DNA of 64,000 nucleotides from the NCBI GenBank assembly GCA_963777505.1, contig CAVZQN010000004.1:448001-512000 (forward strand). The letters are read 5' to 3'. Each line of letters starts with the position of its first letter. The stretch's first letter is position 1. Positions 31,923 to 41,033 of this stretch are shown one piece after another. Origin of the DNA: an uncultured bacterium (GTDB lineage Bacteria; Acidobacteriota; HRBIN11; JAKEFK01). Made by a program: the position numbers and the translations under genes. The notes beneath the pieces are model-generated. The model had not been told where the DNA came from and did not search any database. It was given only the letters and a program-made list of their open reading frames with translations.

Positions 31923-32642
31923 TTAGTCATAAAAGGTGACAACGCCTGATTCCAGATCGTACATGCATCCGGCAATCACGACCTGTCCTGCTTTCACCAT
32001 ATCTTTAACGATAGCGCTTTTGTCAGTAATGGTTTTTGTCGCAAGAAGCACATTCTGCTTTGCGACCGCTTCCACAAAATTCTTGTTCTTTGAGGTTTTT
32101 TCTCCAGATATTCCCGTTACGGATTCAACAGCAGGCTTGATATTGCTGAGCATTGCGGTGATATTTCCAAGCTGAACATTGTCCACAGCTGATTTAATCG
32201 CTCCACAGTTTGTGTGCCCCATAATAAGGATCACCTTTGCTCCCGATACTTTTGTTGCAAACTCGATGCTTCCCAAAATATCTGTATTTACGAAGTTGCC
32301 TGCGATTCGTGCGTTGAATACGTCACCGATTCCTTTGTCAAAAATGATTTCTGCCGGCTTTCTGGAATCGATACAACTCACAATAATCGCATAAGGATGC
32401 TGACCAGCAGCCGCAATATCCTTTTCTTTCAAATAATCTCGATGAAACATTTTGCCTTGAAGAAATCGTTGGTTGCCATCCTTAAATCTTTGTAGAATTT
32501 CGGCAGGAGTCATTTGATCCTGCATTTCCTTAGTCATGGCAGGCGGTTGTGTTTGCGCGTTGGCTATCTTTGCAGACATCAGACCATTTGCGGCGAAAAC
32601 GATAACCAAATAAACAAACATAAGCAAGAGTGCTTTTTTCAT
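31923..32642 (-). CDS. Exported beta-class carbonic anhydrase
   Basis: GNQRF, CIDSR, RIAGN, GHTNCGA and YDLESG motifs; signal peptide. Confidence 0.93.
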   Translation of the reverse strand: MKKALLLMFVYLVIVFAANGLMSAKIANAQTQPPAMTKEMQDQMTPAEILQRFKDGNQRFLQGKMFHRDYLKEKDIAAAGQHPYAIIVSCIDSRKPAEIIFDKGIGDVFNARIAGNFVNTDILGSIEFATKVSGAKVILIMGHTNCGAIKSAVDNVQLGNITAMLSNIKPAVESVTGISGEKTSKNKNFVEAVAKQNVLLATKTITDKSAIVKDMVKAGQVVIAGCMYDLESGVVTFYD

Positions 32643-32870
32643 TTTTACTCCTCAATAAATCATTTGAAGTACTTATTGTTTGAGACTGCCAATCTAATGG
32701 GTTAGTAGTCAAAAATGTCAGATCAACAAATTCAAGAATTGAAATGTATGAGATTAGTTTACTTTAGCCGTGAAAACAGAACAACAACCCACTTTTTACA
32801 TAGTTTTTACATCAATGTAATGTGCGGCTTTTTAAGAATTACGGTACAAGGTGAAAACAGGGCTTGAAAC

Positions 32871-32978
32871 TCATAATAGTCCTGCAGCAAATAGCTGTCG
32901 TGAATTCAGGCCCATAAATGTAAAAACCAGAGCCATCAGCAAAATTAGTCGTAAGATTTTTCCCAAACTCATATACAT
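32871..32978 (-). pseudogene. 35-aa signal-peptide-only ORF (MYMSLGKILRLILLMALVFTFMGLNSRQLFAAGLL)
   Basis: AAGGAGG RBS; resembles the leader peptide of the 1384-1956 protein; too short for the ORF track. Confidence 0.45.
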
Positions 32979-33077
32979 CGTGCCCTCCTTACTGATTTAT
33001 GTTTATAAAAATAAGGAATTTTTCCTATTAGAGACTTCGACGATGCGATGACGCGCATGTGCAAGATCTTCCCAACA

Positions 33078-33842
33078 TTACCGGCCGAGCTTTGAAAGGG
33101 CATCAACCATCGGGGAATTGGAAATCATGATTAACCCCCCGAAAGGTTGATCGAGCTCCAAGATCAGAAAGAGTGAACTCGCGGCTGCCAAAGCACAGAC
33201 AAACAGGGTAGCGATTACCATTCTATTGCGAGGGGTTAACAGACCAAAGCTGCAAAAGATGATAGACAGCCAGGACACCAGTAGTACGACAAGCGGCATC
33301 GGAGCCGAGCCTTGCCCCGAATGCTGAATGAGTTGCAAACGCCTTTCATTAATTTCGTCGATGATCTGCAGGGTCTGCGCCCGAAGTAGGCGCTGATCGT
33401 CGTTTCGCGGCGATAGTTGCCAGATTTTCTCTTCAAGATCTTCGATACCGTGCTCCGACTGGCCAATCTTCTCCACTGCAATCATACTCTTCTCTTTCGG
33501 CCACAACCTCACGATCGCAGTAGTAACAACGCTACGCAGAACTTCCCGGGCTTCTTTCGTCTCTGGGCCGTATCGGGCCATTGTGCGGTCAAGCAAGGTG
33601 ATTTCCGAGGCATTCTGTATGATGCCGTTGTTCACCGTATCATATGTGCTCTTTGCCGAGGCGATCAGCAAACCAAGGACAAGAGAAACCAAAGTTGCCA
33701 TCATGCTGATCCCCAGTTTCATCACATCCCGCGAAGCAGCACTCAAATGACGTTCATCTAAAAGAGAGCGAAGGAACATGCCGAAACACATAGCGGCAAC
33801 TATGATTAACAAAGAGATCAATGAGACTGTGGCTGAGGTCAT
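33078..33842 (-). CDS. DUF4239 / bestrophin-like membrane protein
   Basis: LVLGLLIASAKS.YD and FLILELDQPFGG motifs; four TM segments. Confidence 0.82.
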   Translation of the reverse strand: MTSATVSLISLLIIVAAMCFGMFLRSLLDERHLSAASRDVMKLGISMMATLVSLVLGLLIASAKSTYDTVNNGIIQNASEITLLDRTMARYGPETKEAREVLRSVVTTAIVRLWPKEKSMIAVEKIGQSEHGIEDLEEKIWQLSPRNDDQRLLRAQTLQIIDEINERRLQLIQHSGQGSAPMPLVVLLVSWLSIIFCSFGLLTPRNRMVIATLFVCALAAASSLFLILELDQPFGGLIMISNSPMVDALSKLGR

Positions 33843-34000
33843 GATTCACCTTCATTAACAGTAATTGTTTAGATTATATGCTAACCCGCGTTAAGCCAAA
33901 GTAGGAATCTCGGAAGCGAACGCCCGCAAAGGTCCCCGAATTTCCAAATCAGAATGCAAACCATCAGTGTGGGTAATTCCTGACGAACGAGGAATCGATG

Positions 34001-34017
34001 TAAGACCAAAGTCCAAT
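34001..34017 (+). promoter_or_regulatory. 17-bp motif copy 3 (TAAGACCAAAGTCCAAT)
   Basis: In the divergent DUF4239/SphA intergenic region; 15/17 match to copy 1. Confidence 0.6.
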
Positions 34018-34352
34018 ATCAATTTCGGTCAGAATTGAATAAAGATTGATGCTGGATGCTAGATGTAATCTAATAGGTTTGTACAGGTTGCATCCAGTAT
34101 CAAACATAAGCATCTGAGCTTAAATAACTTCACTTTAGTCAACAAAGTTCGGGAGAGTATCATGGTAAGTAGAGAAACAAATTTGCGGTGTCTGATTGAA
34201 GTTCCCGGCGGGTAAAGCTCTCTTTGATCACGCGGTTTCTTTTAAATAGGAACCATCAATTCGTCCGGTACTCCGGACCCTTAAGTTCCGAAATGATAGG
34301 CAAGGCTAGCTAACAAACGACGTTTGGAAAAAAAATGAAATCGGAGTGAAGC

Positions 34353-35287
34353 ATGAAATTCAAAGTGATTCAATTGACAATTTTTCTCACGCTTGTTGCT
34401 GTGGGATCGGTATACGCTCAACTTTCAGGAAGCAATACAGTAGGTGATTATGGCTTACAATCTGGATCTCAGGCTCCTCCTGGGGCATATGCAATTTATT
34501 TTTTGTACAACTATGACACCTCAACCATCGTTGGGAACGATGGCAGAGAATTCCAATTGCAAGGCGACATCAGTCAATGGGCTCACGTGATTGGAGGCTC
34601 GATTGTAACGAATAAGAAAATACTTGGAGGCAATTACGGAGCCACTGCCTTTTTTCTCCCAATAGCGAATATCAGCATTAGAGGCTCCTAGACTTGATTT
34701 TAGCTGGCGGCACAGGATACGACATTGCTGATATGTGGATTGCCCCGATCCAAATCGGCTGGCATAAAAAGCAAGCGGATTTCATAACATGGTACGCATT
34801 TTACGCACCTACCGGCTCATATGCCCCGGGAGCAAGGGACAATCACGGTTACGGGATGTGGTCGCATGAACTATCCCTTGGTACTACTCTATACTTTGAT
34901 GAAGCACGATCGTTTCATGCTGCAACATTGGCATCATTCGAATTTCACTCAAAAAAGAAAGATTCCGATGCGAAAGCAGGCAATGTGCTGACATTAGAAG
35001 GCGGAGTCGGAACGACTTACAAGCAATTCCTGACCGCTGGACTCGCGTATTATGCGCAGTGGAAAGTGTCGGAAGATTCGGGGTTAGGTGTCGGTCCGAT
35101 CGTACAGAATCGATTAGGCAAAAATCGCAATTTTGCTCTTGGTCCTGAAGTCGGTTTTGTTTTTCCCCTTAGCAAAGACTTATCGAAGCTGATGATCCTT
35201 TCATTTCGATACGAGTTTGAAACGAGTACACGCCTGGATACACAAGGAAATATCGCGGCATTTACGGCTGCTTTCAAACTGAATTAA
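34353..35287 (+). CDS. SphA / MetA-pathway-like outer-membrane channel; apparent +1 frameshift at ~34680
   Basis: Signal peptide; PPG.Y, YAPTGSY, G.G.W and ALGPE motifs across two ORFs. Confidence 0.78.
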
Positions 35288-35557
35288 TTCATATTTTTTC
35301 CGCTAGCCTTTAAAATCGGAGTTGCTATCATATGAATGAAAACTTTGAAATTCTGTGAGCGCTCGCATTGTAAAGTACAAGTTAGAGTTGACACCAAGAG
35401 CCGGAGAAGCTTTCGATGATATTATAATGAGAACAAATCAGTTCTTATTCAGTGCGATTCTGATTTTCTGTCAGGAAATTTTTGTCTTGTGACATTAAAA
35501 GCCACAGCCGGCCAATGATGAGTTGATCAAAAGGCCTCCTGTGCGGACTGAAAAATT

Positions 35558-36373
35558 ATGAGAACTATAGAAATGCTCACCGCCTTGCTGGTGCTGTTTG
35601 GAACAATCACTGCATTTGCTCAACAGCCCACCGATACACAGGATAAACCACGCGAAACTACTGCTCAGCCTGAGAGTGCAACGATCCCCCGAATGATCGA
35701 GCTGCGTGCTCAAGACATTCTGAAACAGATGAGCGATTTTCTTGTAGCTACACCTCGCTTCGCTTTTGAGGCCGAAGAAACTTTTGATCTGTTCAAGGAC
35801 AATCAACCCCGAATTCAGCTGACAAATTCAAGAAAGGTGGTAGTTGAGCGGCCCTCGCGTTTTGTTTCTGATGCAACGGGAGATACGCTGAACCGCTCCG
35901 TGTGGTTTGATGGCCAAACCGTTTCCAGCATTGATAAGAGCTACAACACTTATGCCATGTTGAAATTATCCGGCTCCATTGATGAAGTGCTTGATATGCT
36001 GATGGATCGTTTTGATATCGAAATTCCGCTCGCGGACTTTCTCTACGCAGATCCTTACTCCGTTTTGATGGAAAAGGTAACGTACGGCCGTTACGTTGGA
36101 ATTCATCAAGCAGCTGGCATCCCTTGTCATCATCTGGCATTCGCTCAGGAAACCATTGAATGGCAAATCTGGATTGATGCGGGTGCGCAGCCTCTTCCAC
36201 GAAAAATTGTTATTACTTACGTGACTGAATTGGGAGAGCCACAATATTCGGCCACAGTCACAACATGGAATCTGGCCCCACAAATTCCGGAAAGCTTTTT
36301 TCAATTCAAGGCTCCGCAAGGCGCTACACGTGTGGAGCCGGAGGAGTTGACCGGTCAGGAGGAAAAGCAATGA
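35558..36373 (+). CDS. DUF2092 periplasmic (LolA-like) protein
   Basis: LKQMSDFL, PLADFL, CHHLAF and WQIWI..G..PLPRK motifs. Confidence 0.88.
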   Translation: MRTIEMLTALLVLFGTITAFAQQPTDTQDKPRETTAQPESATIPRMIELRAQDILKQMSDFLVATPRFAFEAEETFDLFKDNQPRIQLTNSRKVVVERPSRFVSDATGDTLNRSVWFDGQTVSSIDKSYNTYAMLKLSGSIDEVLDMLMDRFDIEIPLADFLYADPYSVLMEKVTYGRYVGIHQAAGIPCHHLAFAQETIEWQIWIDAGAQPLPRKIVITYVTELGEPQYSATVTTWNLAPQIPESFFQFKAPQGATRVEPEELTGQEEKQ

Positions 36374-38151
36374 AATCATTAAAAGCAATCCGGTTATTAT
36401 TTTGTATTATCCTGATCTGCATTCTTGTGTATCCGGTAGATTCTGCTTTCTCCAGTGGTTCTGTTCGCGGCGCCAATCGATCGCCTCAAGGTTCCAGTTG
36501 GTCGGGAGCTCGAGGGAGCGCATCAACTCAGCGCAGCTCCACTGCGAACTCAGCATCACGCAGCACGAATATCCAGAGCAAAAGCGGACAGAGCGCGAGC
36601 GGCAGCAAGAATGTGAGCAAAAGCGGAGACACAGTTAATGTGGATAAGACACGGCAGAGTAGCTCAGGTGCGAGCAAAACCACATCAAAACAATATGATT
36701 TCGATGATGGTCAACTCGGTTCGGTAGAGCGTCAGACTTCAGGGACAAACCGTTATGGTCAATCTGCAAACTGGGAAGGCAAAGCGGAACGGACGGGATA
36801 TGGCGTGAAATTCGAAGGTGAAGGTTCAAACCGGTATGGCCAAAAAACGGAAGTGAATGGTTATGGAGCCAGAGGCTATTACGGAACGGGAGTCGTTGCG
36901 GATGTCGAAGGTGGACGTTACGGTAATCGGACTGTTGTTGCAGGCAAACCCTACGGAGGGGCAGCATGGTCAGCATCTTTGCCTTATGGAGCCCGTCCAT
37001 ATCACTATCACGGCTATCCTTATTACTACCATGGGGGCTACTACTACCGGTCATATTACTATCATGGCGTTCCTTATTACTGTTACGTTCATCCACCTTA
37101 CGGCGTCTACTACAGCGACCCGCCGATCGGGGCCATCATTGTGATCACCGCGGCGGTGACGCTGATGTATGCGGAAGGTACGTACTATAAAACTAGTACG
37201 ACACAGGGTACAACTCAATATGTAGTCGTTGCGCCTCCGGCCGGAACAACCTTGCCGGGAACCGCATTGCCCGCCGGCCGGGCCACAATCACAATCAACG
37301 AGACAAAATATTATTTCTACGGTAATACGTTTTATAAAAGAGTCGTCACAGATGGGAAGGAAAGCTTCGTTGTTGTCACACGGCCTGCAGGAGTGATCAC
37401 AGTCAAAGCATTGCCGCCCGAATTTGAGCCGTTACAGTCGGGTAACCTTATGTACTTCAAAACCAAAGATCGTTTTTACCTTTCCTATCTAGATCCTTCT
37501 GGTGAGGAACTCTTTCTTGTAGTTGATCCGCCGACGGTTCCTCCGCAGACTGTTGCTTCAACATCACAAGCGCCAAAACCAGCGCCAACAACACAACCGT
37601 CGCAAGAACCAGCGCCTGCAACACAACAAGCGAAAGAACCGGCGCCAACAACACAACCGTCGCAAGAATCAGCGCCTGCAACACAACCGTCGCAAGAACC
37701 GATGCCTGCAACATCAACGCCACAGATGGTCAATCTAACTGTAAGTACCGGGACTGCCTTAAACGTTCGCATTGCAAACAATGTTTATTCTGCTTCAACA
37801 GGACAAAACTTTAAGGCCAATCTTGCCCGGGACATCATTGTCGATGGGCGCCTTGTTGCGCCAACAGCGTCAGCGGTTATCGGTACGATTTCGGTTAACA
37901 AGGAAACTATCTTACTGAAGCTAACTGATCTCGATGTGGGCGGTCATCTCTATCCGATTCAAACCGGTACGGTTCCGGCACCTAAAGCTGTACAACCTGC
38001 TGGAGGGATCGATGATGTGGTACATGCAGGTAAGTCGTCCAATACAAAAATTGTTTTGGCCGGGGGCACACCGTTTGAATTTCGAGTTGCTCAGCCGTTT
38101 ACAGTGAGCGTACTCGTTTCCACACCAGCAACGCAAACCGCACAACAATAA
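36370..38151 (+). CDS. Exported mosaic protein: Ser/Gly-rich region, Tyr-rich DUF6515-like region, PT-rich linker, C-terminal VirB10-like domain
   Basis: ATGA overlap with DUF2092; YYYHGGYYY and YVVVAPPAG motifs; C-terminus similar to the 30133/30748 proteins. Confidence 0.75.
   Translation: MKSLKAIRLLFCIILICILVYPVDSAFSSGSVRGANRSPQGSSWSGARGSASTQRSSTANSASRSTNIQSKSGQSASGSKNVSKSGDTVNVDKTRQSSSGASKTTSKQYDFDDGQLGSVERQTSGTNRYGQSANWEGKAERTGYGVKFEGEGSNRYGQKTEVNGYGARGYYGTGVVADVEGGRYGNRTVVAGKPYGGAAWSASLPYGARPYHYHGYPYYYHGGYYYRSYYYHGVPYYCYVHPPYGVYYSDPPIGAIIVITAAVTLMYAEGTYYKTSTTQGTTQYVVVAPPAGTTLPGTALPAGRATITINETKYYFYGNTFYKRVVTDGKESFVVVTRPAGVITVKALPPEFEPLQSGNLMYFKTKDRFYLSYLDPSGEELFLVVDPPTVPPQTVASTSQAPKPAPTTQPSQEPAPATQQAKEPAPTTQPSQESAPATQPSQEPMPATSTPQMVNLTVSTGTALNVRIANNVYSASTGQNFKANLARDIIVDGRLVAPTASAVIGTISVNKETILLKLTDLDVGGHLYPIQTGTVPAPKAVQPAGGIDDVVHAGKSSNTKIVLAGGTPFEFRVAQPFTVSVLVSTPATQTAQQ
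37561..37710 (+). repeat. Five 30-bp tandem repeats encoding a TQPSQEPAPA-like linker
   Basis: ACACAACCGTCGCAAGAACCAGCGCCTGCA-type unit with period 30. Confidence 0.9.
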
Positions 38152-38172
38152 CCAACCAATGAGGTAAACGTT

Positions 38173-38880
38173 ATGACGAAATCAAACTTGAAGTACTTGC
38201 TATTTACGTTGGCCGTCACCCTGCTGTTCAACTCGATTGCAACGGCTCAGACTCCGCCACCCAAGGAACGCGTGGAAGCGATTAAGAGTTCCTTTCAGCA
38301 AAGCCAGGCAGTCTTGCGTAAATACGAATGGATCGAAACGGTGAAAGTAAGCTATAAAGGCGAAGAGAAATCAAACAAGCAAAGCCGCTGTTACTATGGT
38401 GCGGAAGGAAAAGTTCAGAAAGTTGAGGTTAGCGCTACACCAGAAGCGAAAAGTCCGCGAGGACTTCGCGGGAAAATTGCAGAAAATAAGAAAGAGGAAA
38501 TGACGGACTACATGAAACAAGCGGTGGAAACAATTAAGCAGTATGTGCCTCCGGATTCGTCCCTTATTCAGAAATCGTATCAAAGTGGACATGCTGCGAT
38601 TTATCCAACGCAACCGGGCAAAGCAACGTCTATCTCTTTCGGAAGCTACTTAAAACCGAATGACACCTTAATGTTTGAAATCGATACTGCAAACAACACA
38701 ATTAAAGGCGTACAAATTCAAACATATATTGAAGATCCAAAAGACTCAGTGAGTCTGAATGTTTTCTTTTCAAAATTTCCGGACGGAACTATTTACCCAT
38801 CGCAGACCATACTGAATGCGCCCGCAAAACAGATTCAGGTCAACATTCAAAACTCGGGCTATCGGATTGTTGGCAACTGA
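38173..38880 (+). CDS. Exported hypothetical protein
   Basis: Signal peptide, GAGG RBS, 235 aa. Confidence 0.78.
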   Translation: MTKSNLKYLLFTLAVTLLFNSIATAQTPPPKERVEAIKSSFQQSQAVLRKYEWIETVKVSYKGEEKSNKQSRCYYGAEGKVQKVEVSATPEAKSPRGLRGKIAENKKEEMTDYMKQAVETIKQYVPPDSSLIQKSYQSGHAAIYPTQPGKATSISFGSYLKPNDTLMFEIDTANNTIKGVQIQTYIEDPKDSVSLNVFFSKFPDGTIYPSQTILNAPAKQIQVNIQNSGYRIVGN

Positions 38881-38993
38881 TGAATGGAATCTAATTTTAG
38901 GTTATTAGTAGTACGTTATTCGTTGGCTGATTGGGGAGCCATTCTTGCGACTTCTCTTCTGATCATTCCACGATCTCTATCCAGGAGGTTGAG

Positions 38994-40892
38994 ATGAAAA
39001 CCAGAACTGTCGGCATGCTGATTCTTTATTTGCTTTCTGTAAATCTGATTGTTCCATCAATGGCTCAGGATATCCCTCCTACCGAGGTGAAGCCCAAGAC
39101 TGAGTACTCACCTTATCTGGATGACAACTACCCCAATCGGGTATTGTGGGGCGACACACATCTGCACACATCCTATTCGACCGATGCGGGCCTGTTTGGG
39201 ACTCGACTTGGACCCGAGGAAGCATACCGCTTTGCCAGAGGGGAGGAAGTCACCAGTAACACGGGCACGCGCACGCGGCTACAGCGGCCACTCGATTTTC
39301 TAGTAATCACTGATCACTCAGAAAACCTCGGTCTCGCCCCCGGGGTCGTAGAGGCCAATGAGCTGATTACAGCCGATCCATGGGGAAAGCAAGTTTACGA
39401 TCTCGTGAAATCCGGCAAGGGGGGAGAAGCGTACAATATGTGGGTGACACCTTTGGCCAGTGGGAAGAATCCAATGCCCAATGAAGCTTTCGCCCGGACT
39501 TTCTGGGAACGCATTGTGAATGCTGCTGAAAAGAATAACGAGCCGGGGAAATTCACTGCTTTAATTGGCTACGAATGGAGCTCTGCACCAGGGGGAGCAA
39601 ATCTCCATCGCAACGTGATCTTTCGAGATGCAGGCGACAGGGCGAAACAAGTCATTCCATTTGCGCTTTATGACTCGCAAGATGTGGAAGACTTATGGAA
39701 GTGGATGGATGCTTATGAGAAAAAAACGGGCGGCCGCGTTCTTGCAATCCCGCATAACGGGAATCTGTCCAATGGATTGATGTTTGACGTTGAGACACTA
39801 ACCAGTAAGAAACCGCTTGATAAGGATTATGCAATTCGGCGCGCAAAATGGGAGCCACTTTATGAAGTGACTCAGATGAAAGGTTCAAGTGAAACCCATC
39901 CGCTGCTATCTTCCAACGATGAGCTTGCGAATTTTGAAATCTGGGATAAGGGATGTTTCGGTCCTGCACCAAAGACTCCCGACATGCTGCCAAAAGAGTA
40001 TGCACGTGAAGCCCTGAAACAGGGTCTGGCCTATGAACAGAAGTTCGGAGTGAATCCCTTCAAGTTTGGATTTGTTGGCAGCACCGATTCACACACCGCT
40101 CTTTCCACTGCTGAAGAAAACAACAATTTCGGAAAAGTGGCTGGAACCGAACCCGGGCAATTCCCTGCGCGATTTGACGAAGTCATTGTCGGCAGACTCT
40201 CGCCAGACCCGAAGATTAAGATCTACCATGTGGAATCATCGGCCTCCGGGTTGGCTGCGATCTGGTCAAAGGAGAATACTCGCGAAGACATTTGGGACGC
40301 AATGAAACGAAAGGAAGCCTACGCCACAACAGGAACGCGTTTGATTGTTCGGATTTTCGGAGGTTGGGATTTTAAGCCGGAAGACGTGGATCGTCCTGAT
40401 TTCGCTAAACGCGGGTATCAGAATGGAGTACCAATGGGCGGTGATCTCAGGAAAGCGCCGGCAGGAAAAGCGCCCGCATTCATGGTGCGCGTTTTGCGAG
40501 ATCCCGACGGGGCAAACCTCGATCGTGTCCAGATCATCAAAGGTTGGTTGGATGCAAGCGGCAAGCCGCAGGAACGTATTTATGACGTTGCTGTTTCGGA
40601 TAACCGTAAAATCGATGCGGATGGGCGTTGCAAAACGCCGGTTGGAAATACCGTGGATGTTCCTAGTGCGACGTATACAAATTCAATCGGCGATCCATAT
40701 TTAGGCGCTTACTGGAATGATCCCAATTTCGATCCGAAACAACGCGCATTTTATTACGTTCGCGCTCTGGAGATTCCTACTCCTCGCTGGCAGGTTTATG
40801 ATGCTAAAGTTTACGGGATTAAGCTTCCCGAAAATGTTCCCACTGCCATCCAGGAACGAGCTTATACTTCACCCATCTGGTACACACCATAG
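38994..40892 (+). CDS. DUF3604 family exported PHP-like metalloprotein (copy 2)
   Basis: Same motif set as copy 1; AGGAGG RBS before ATG 38994. Confidence 0.92.
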   Translation: MKTRTVGMLILYLLSVNLIVPSMAQDIPPTEVKPKTEYSPYLDDNYPNRVLWGDTHLHTSYSTDAGLFGTRLGPEEAYRFARGEEVTSNTGTRTRLQRPLDFLVITDHSENLGLAPGVVEANELITADPWGKQVYDLVKSGKGGEAYNMWVTPLASGKNPMPNEAFARTFWERIVNAAEKNNEPGKFTALIGYEWSSAPGGANLHRNVIFRDAGDRAKQVIPFALYDSQDVEDLWKWMDAYEKKTGGRVLAIPHNGNLSNGLMFDVETLTSKKPLDKDYAIRRAKWEPLYEVTQMKGSSETHPLLSSNDELANFEIWDKGCFGPAPKTPDMLPKEYAREALKQGLAYEQKFGVNPFKFGFVGSTDSHTALSTAEENNNFGKVAGTEPGQFPARFDEVIVGRLSPDPKIKIYHVESSASGLAAIWSKENTREDIWDAMKRKEAYATTGTRLIVRIFGGWDFKPEDVDRPDFAKRGYQNGVPMGGDLRKAPAGKAPAFMVRVLRDPDGANLDRVQIIKGWLDASGKPQERIYDVAVSDNRKIDADGRCKTPVGNTVDVPSATYTNSIGDPYLGAYWNDPNFDPKQRAFYYVRALEIPTPRWQVYDAKVYGIKLPENVPTAIQERAYTSPIWYTP

Positions 40893-40927
40893 TTTCAGCT
40901 TAAGATTCCACAAGGATGCGGTAAAAG

Positions 40928-41026
40928 AGTTTGTGCACGGGTTAAGGATAGTGTGAGTGGATAACGCAGGGGAGCAGGGGTGCAGGGGAGAAAGGGAGAG
41001 AGGGTGAAGAGATTTTGTGGTTAAAT
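40928..41026. repeat. Right copy of the direct repeat
   Basis: Matches 27269-27390. Confidence 0.85.
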
Positions 41027-41033
41027 ATTCATT

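Noticed and set aside
36265-36369. N-terminal extension of the 628-aa ORF
   Set aside because: Overlaps DUF2092; ATG 36370 has an RBS, an ATGA overlap and starts a signal peptide
37561-37710. 30-bp repeats as CRISPR
   Set aside because: Contiguous, in-frame coding linker with no spacers
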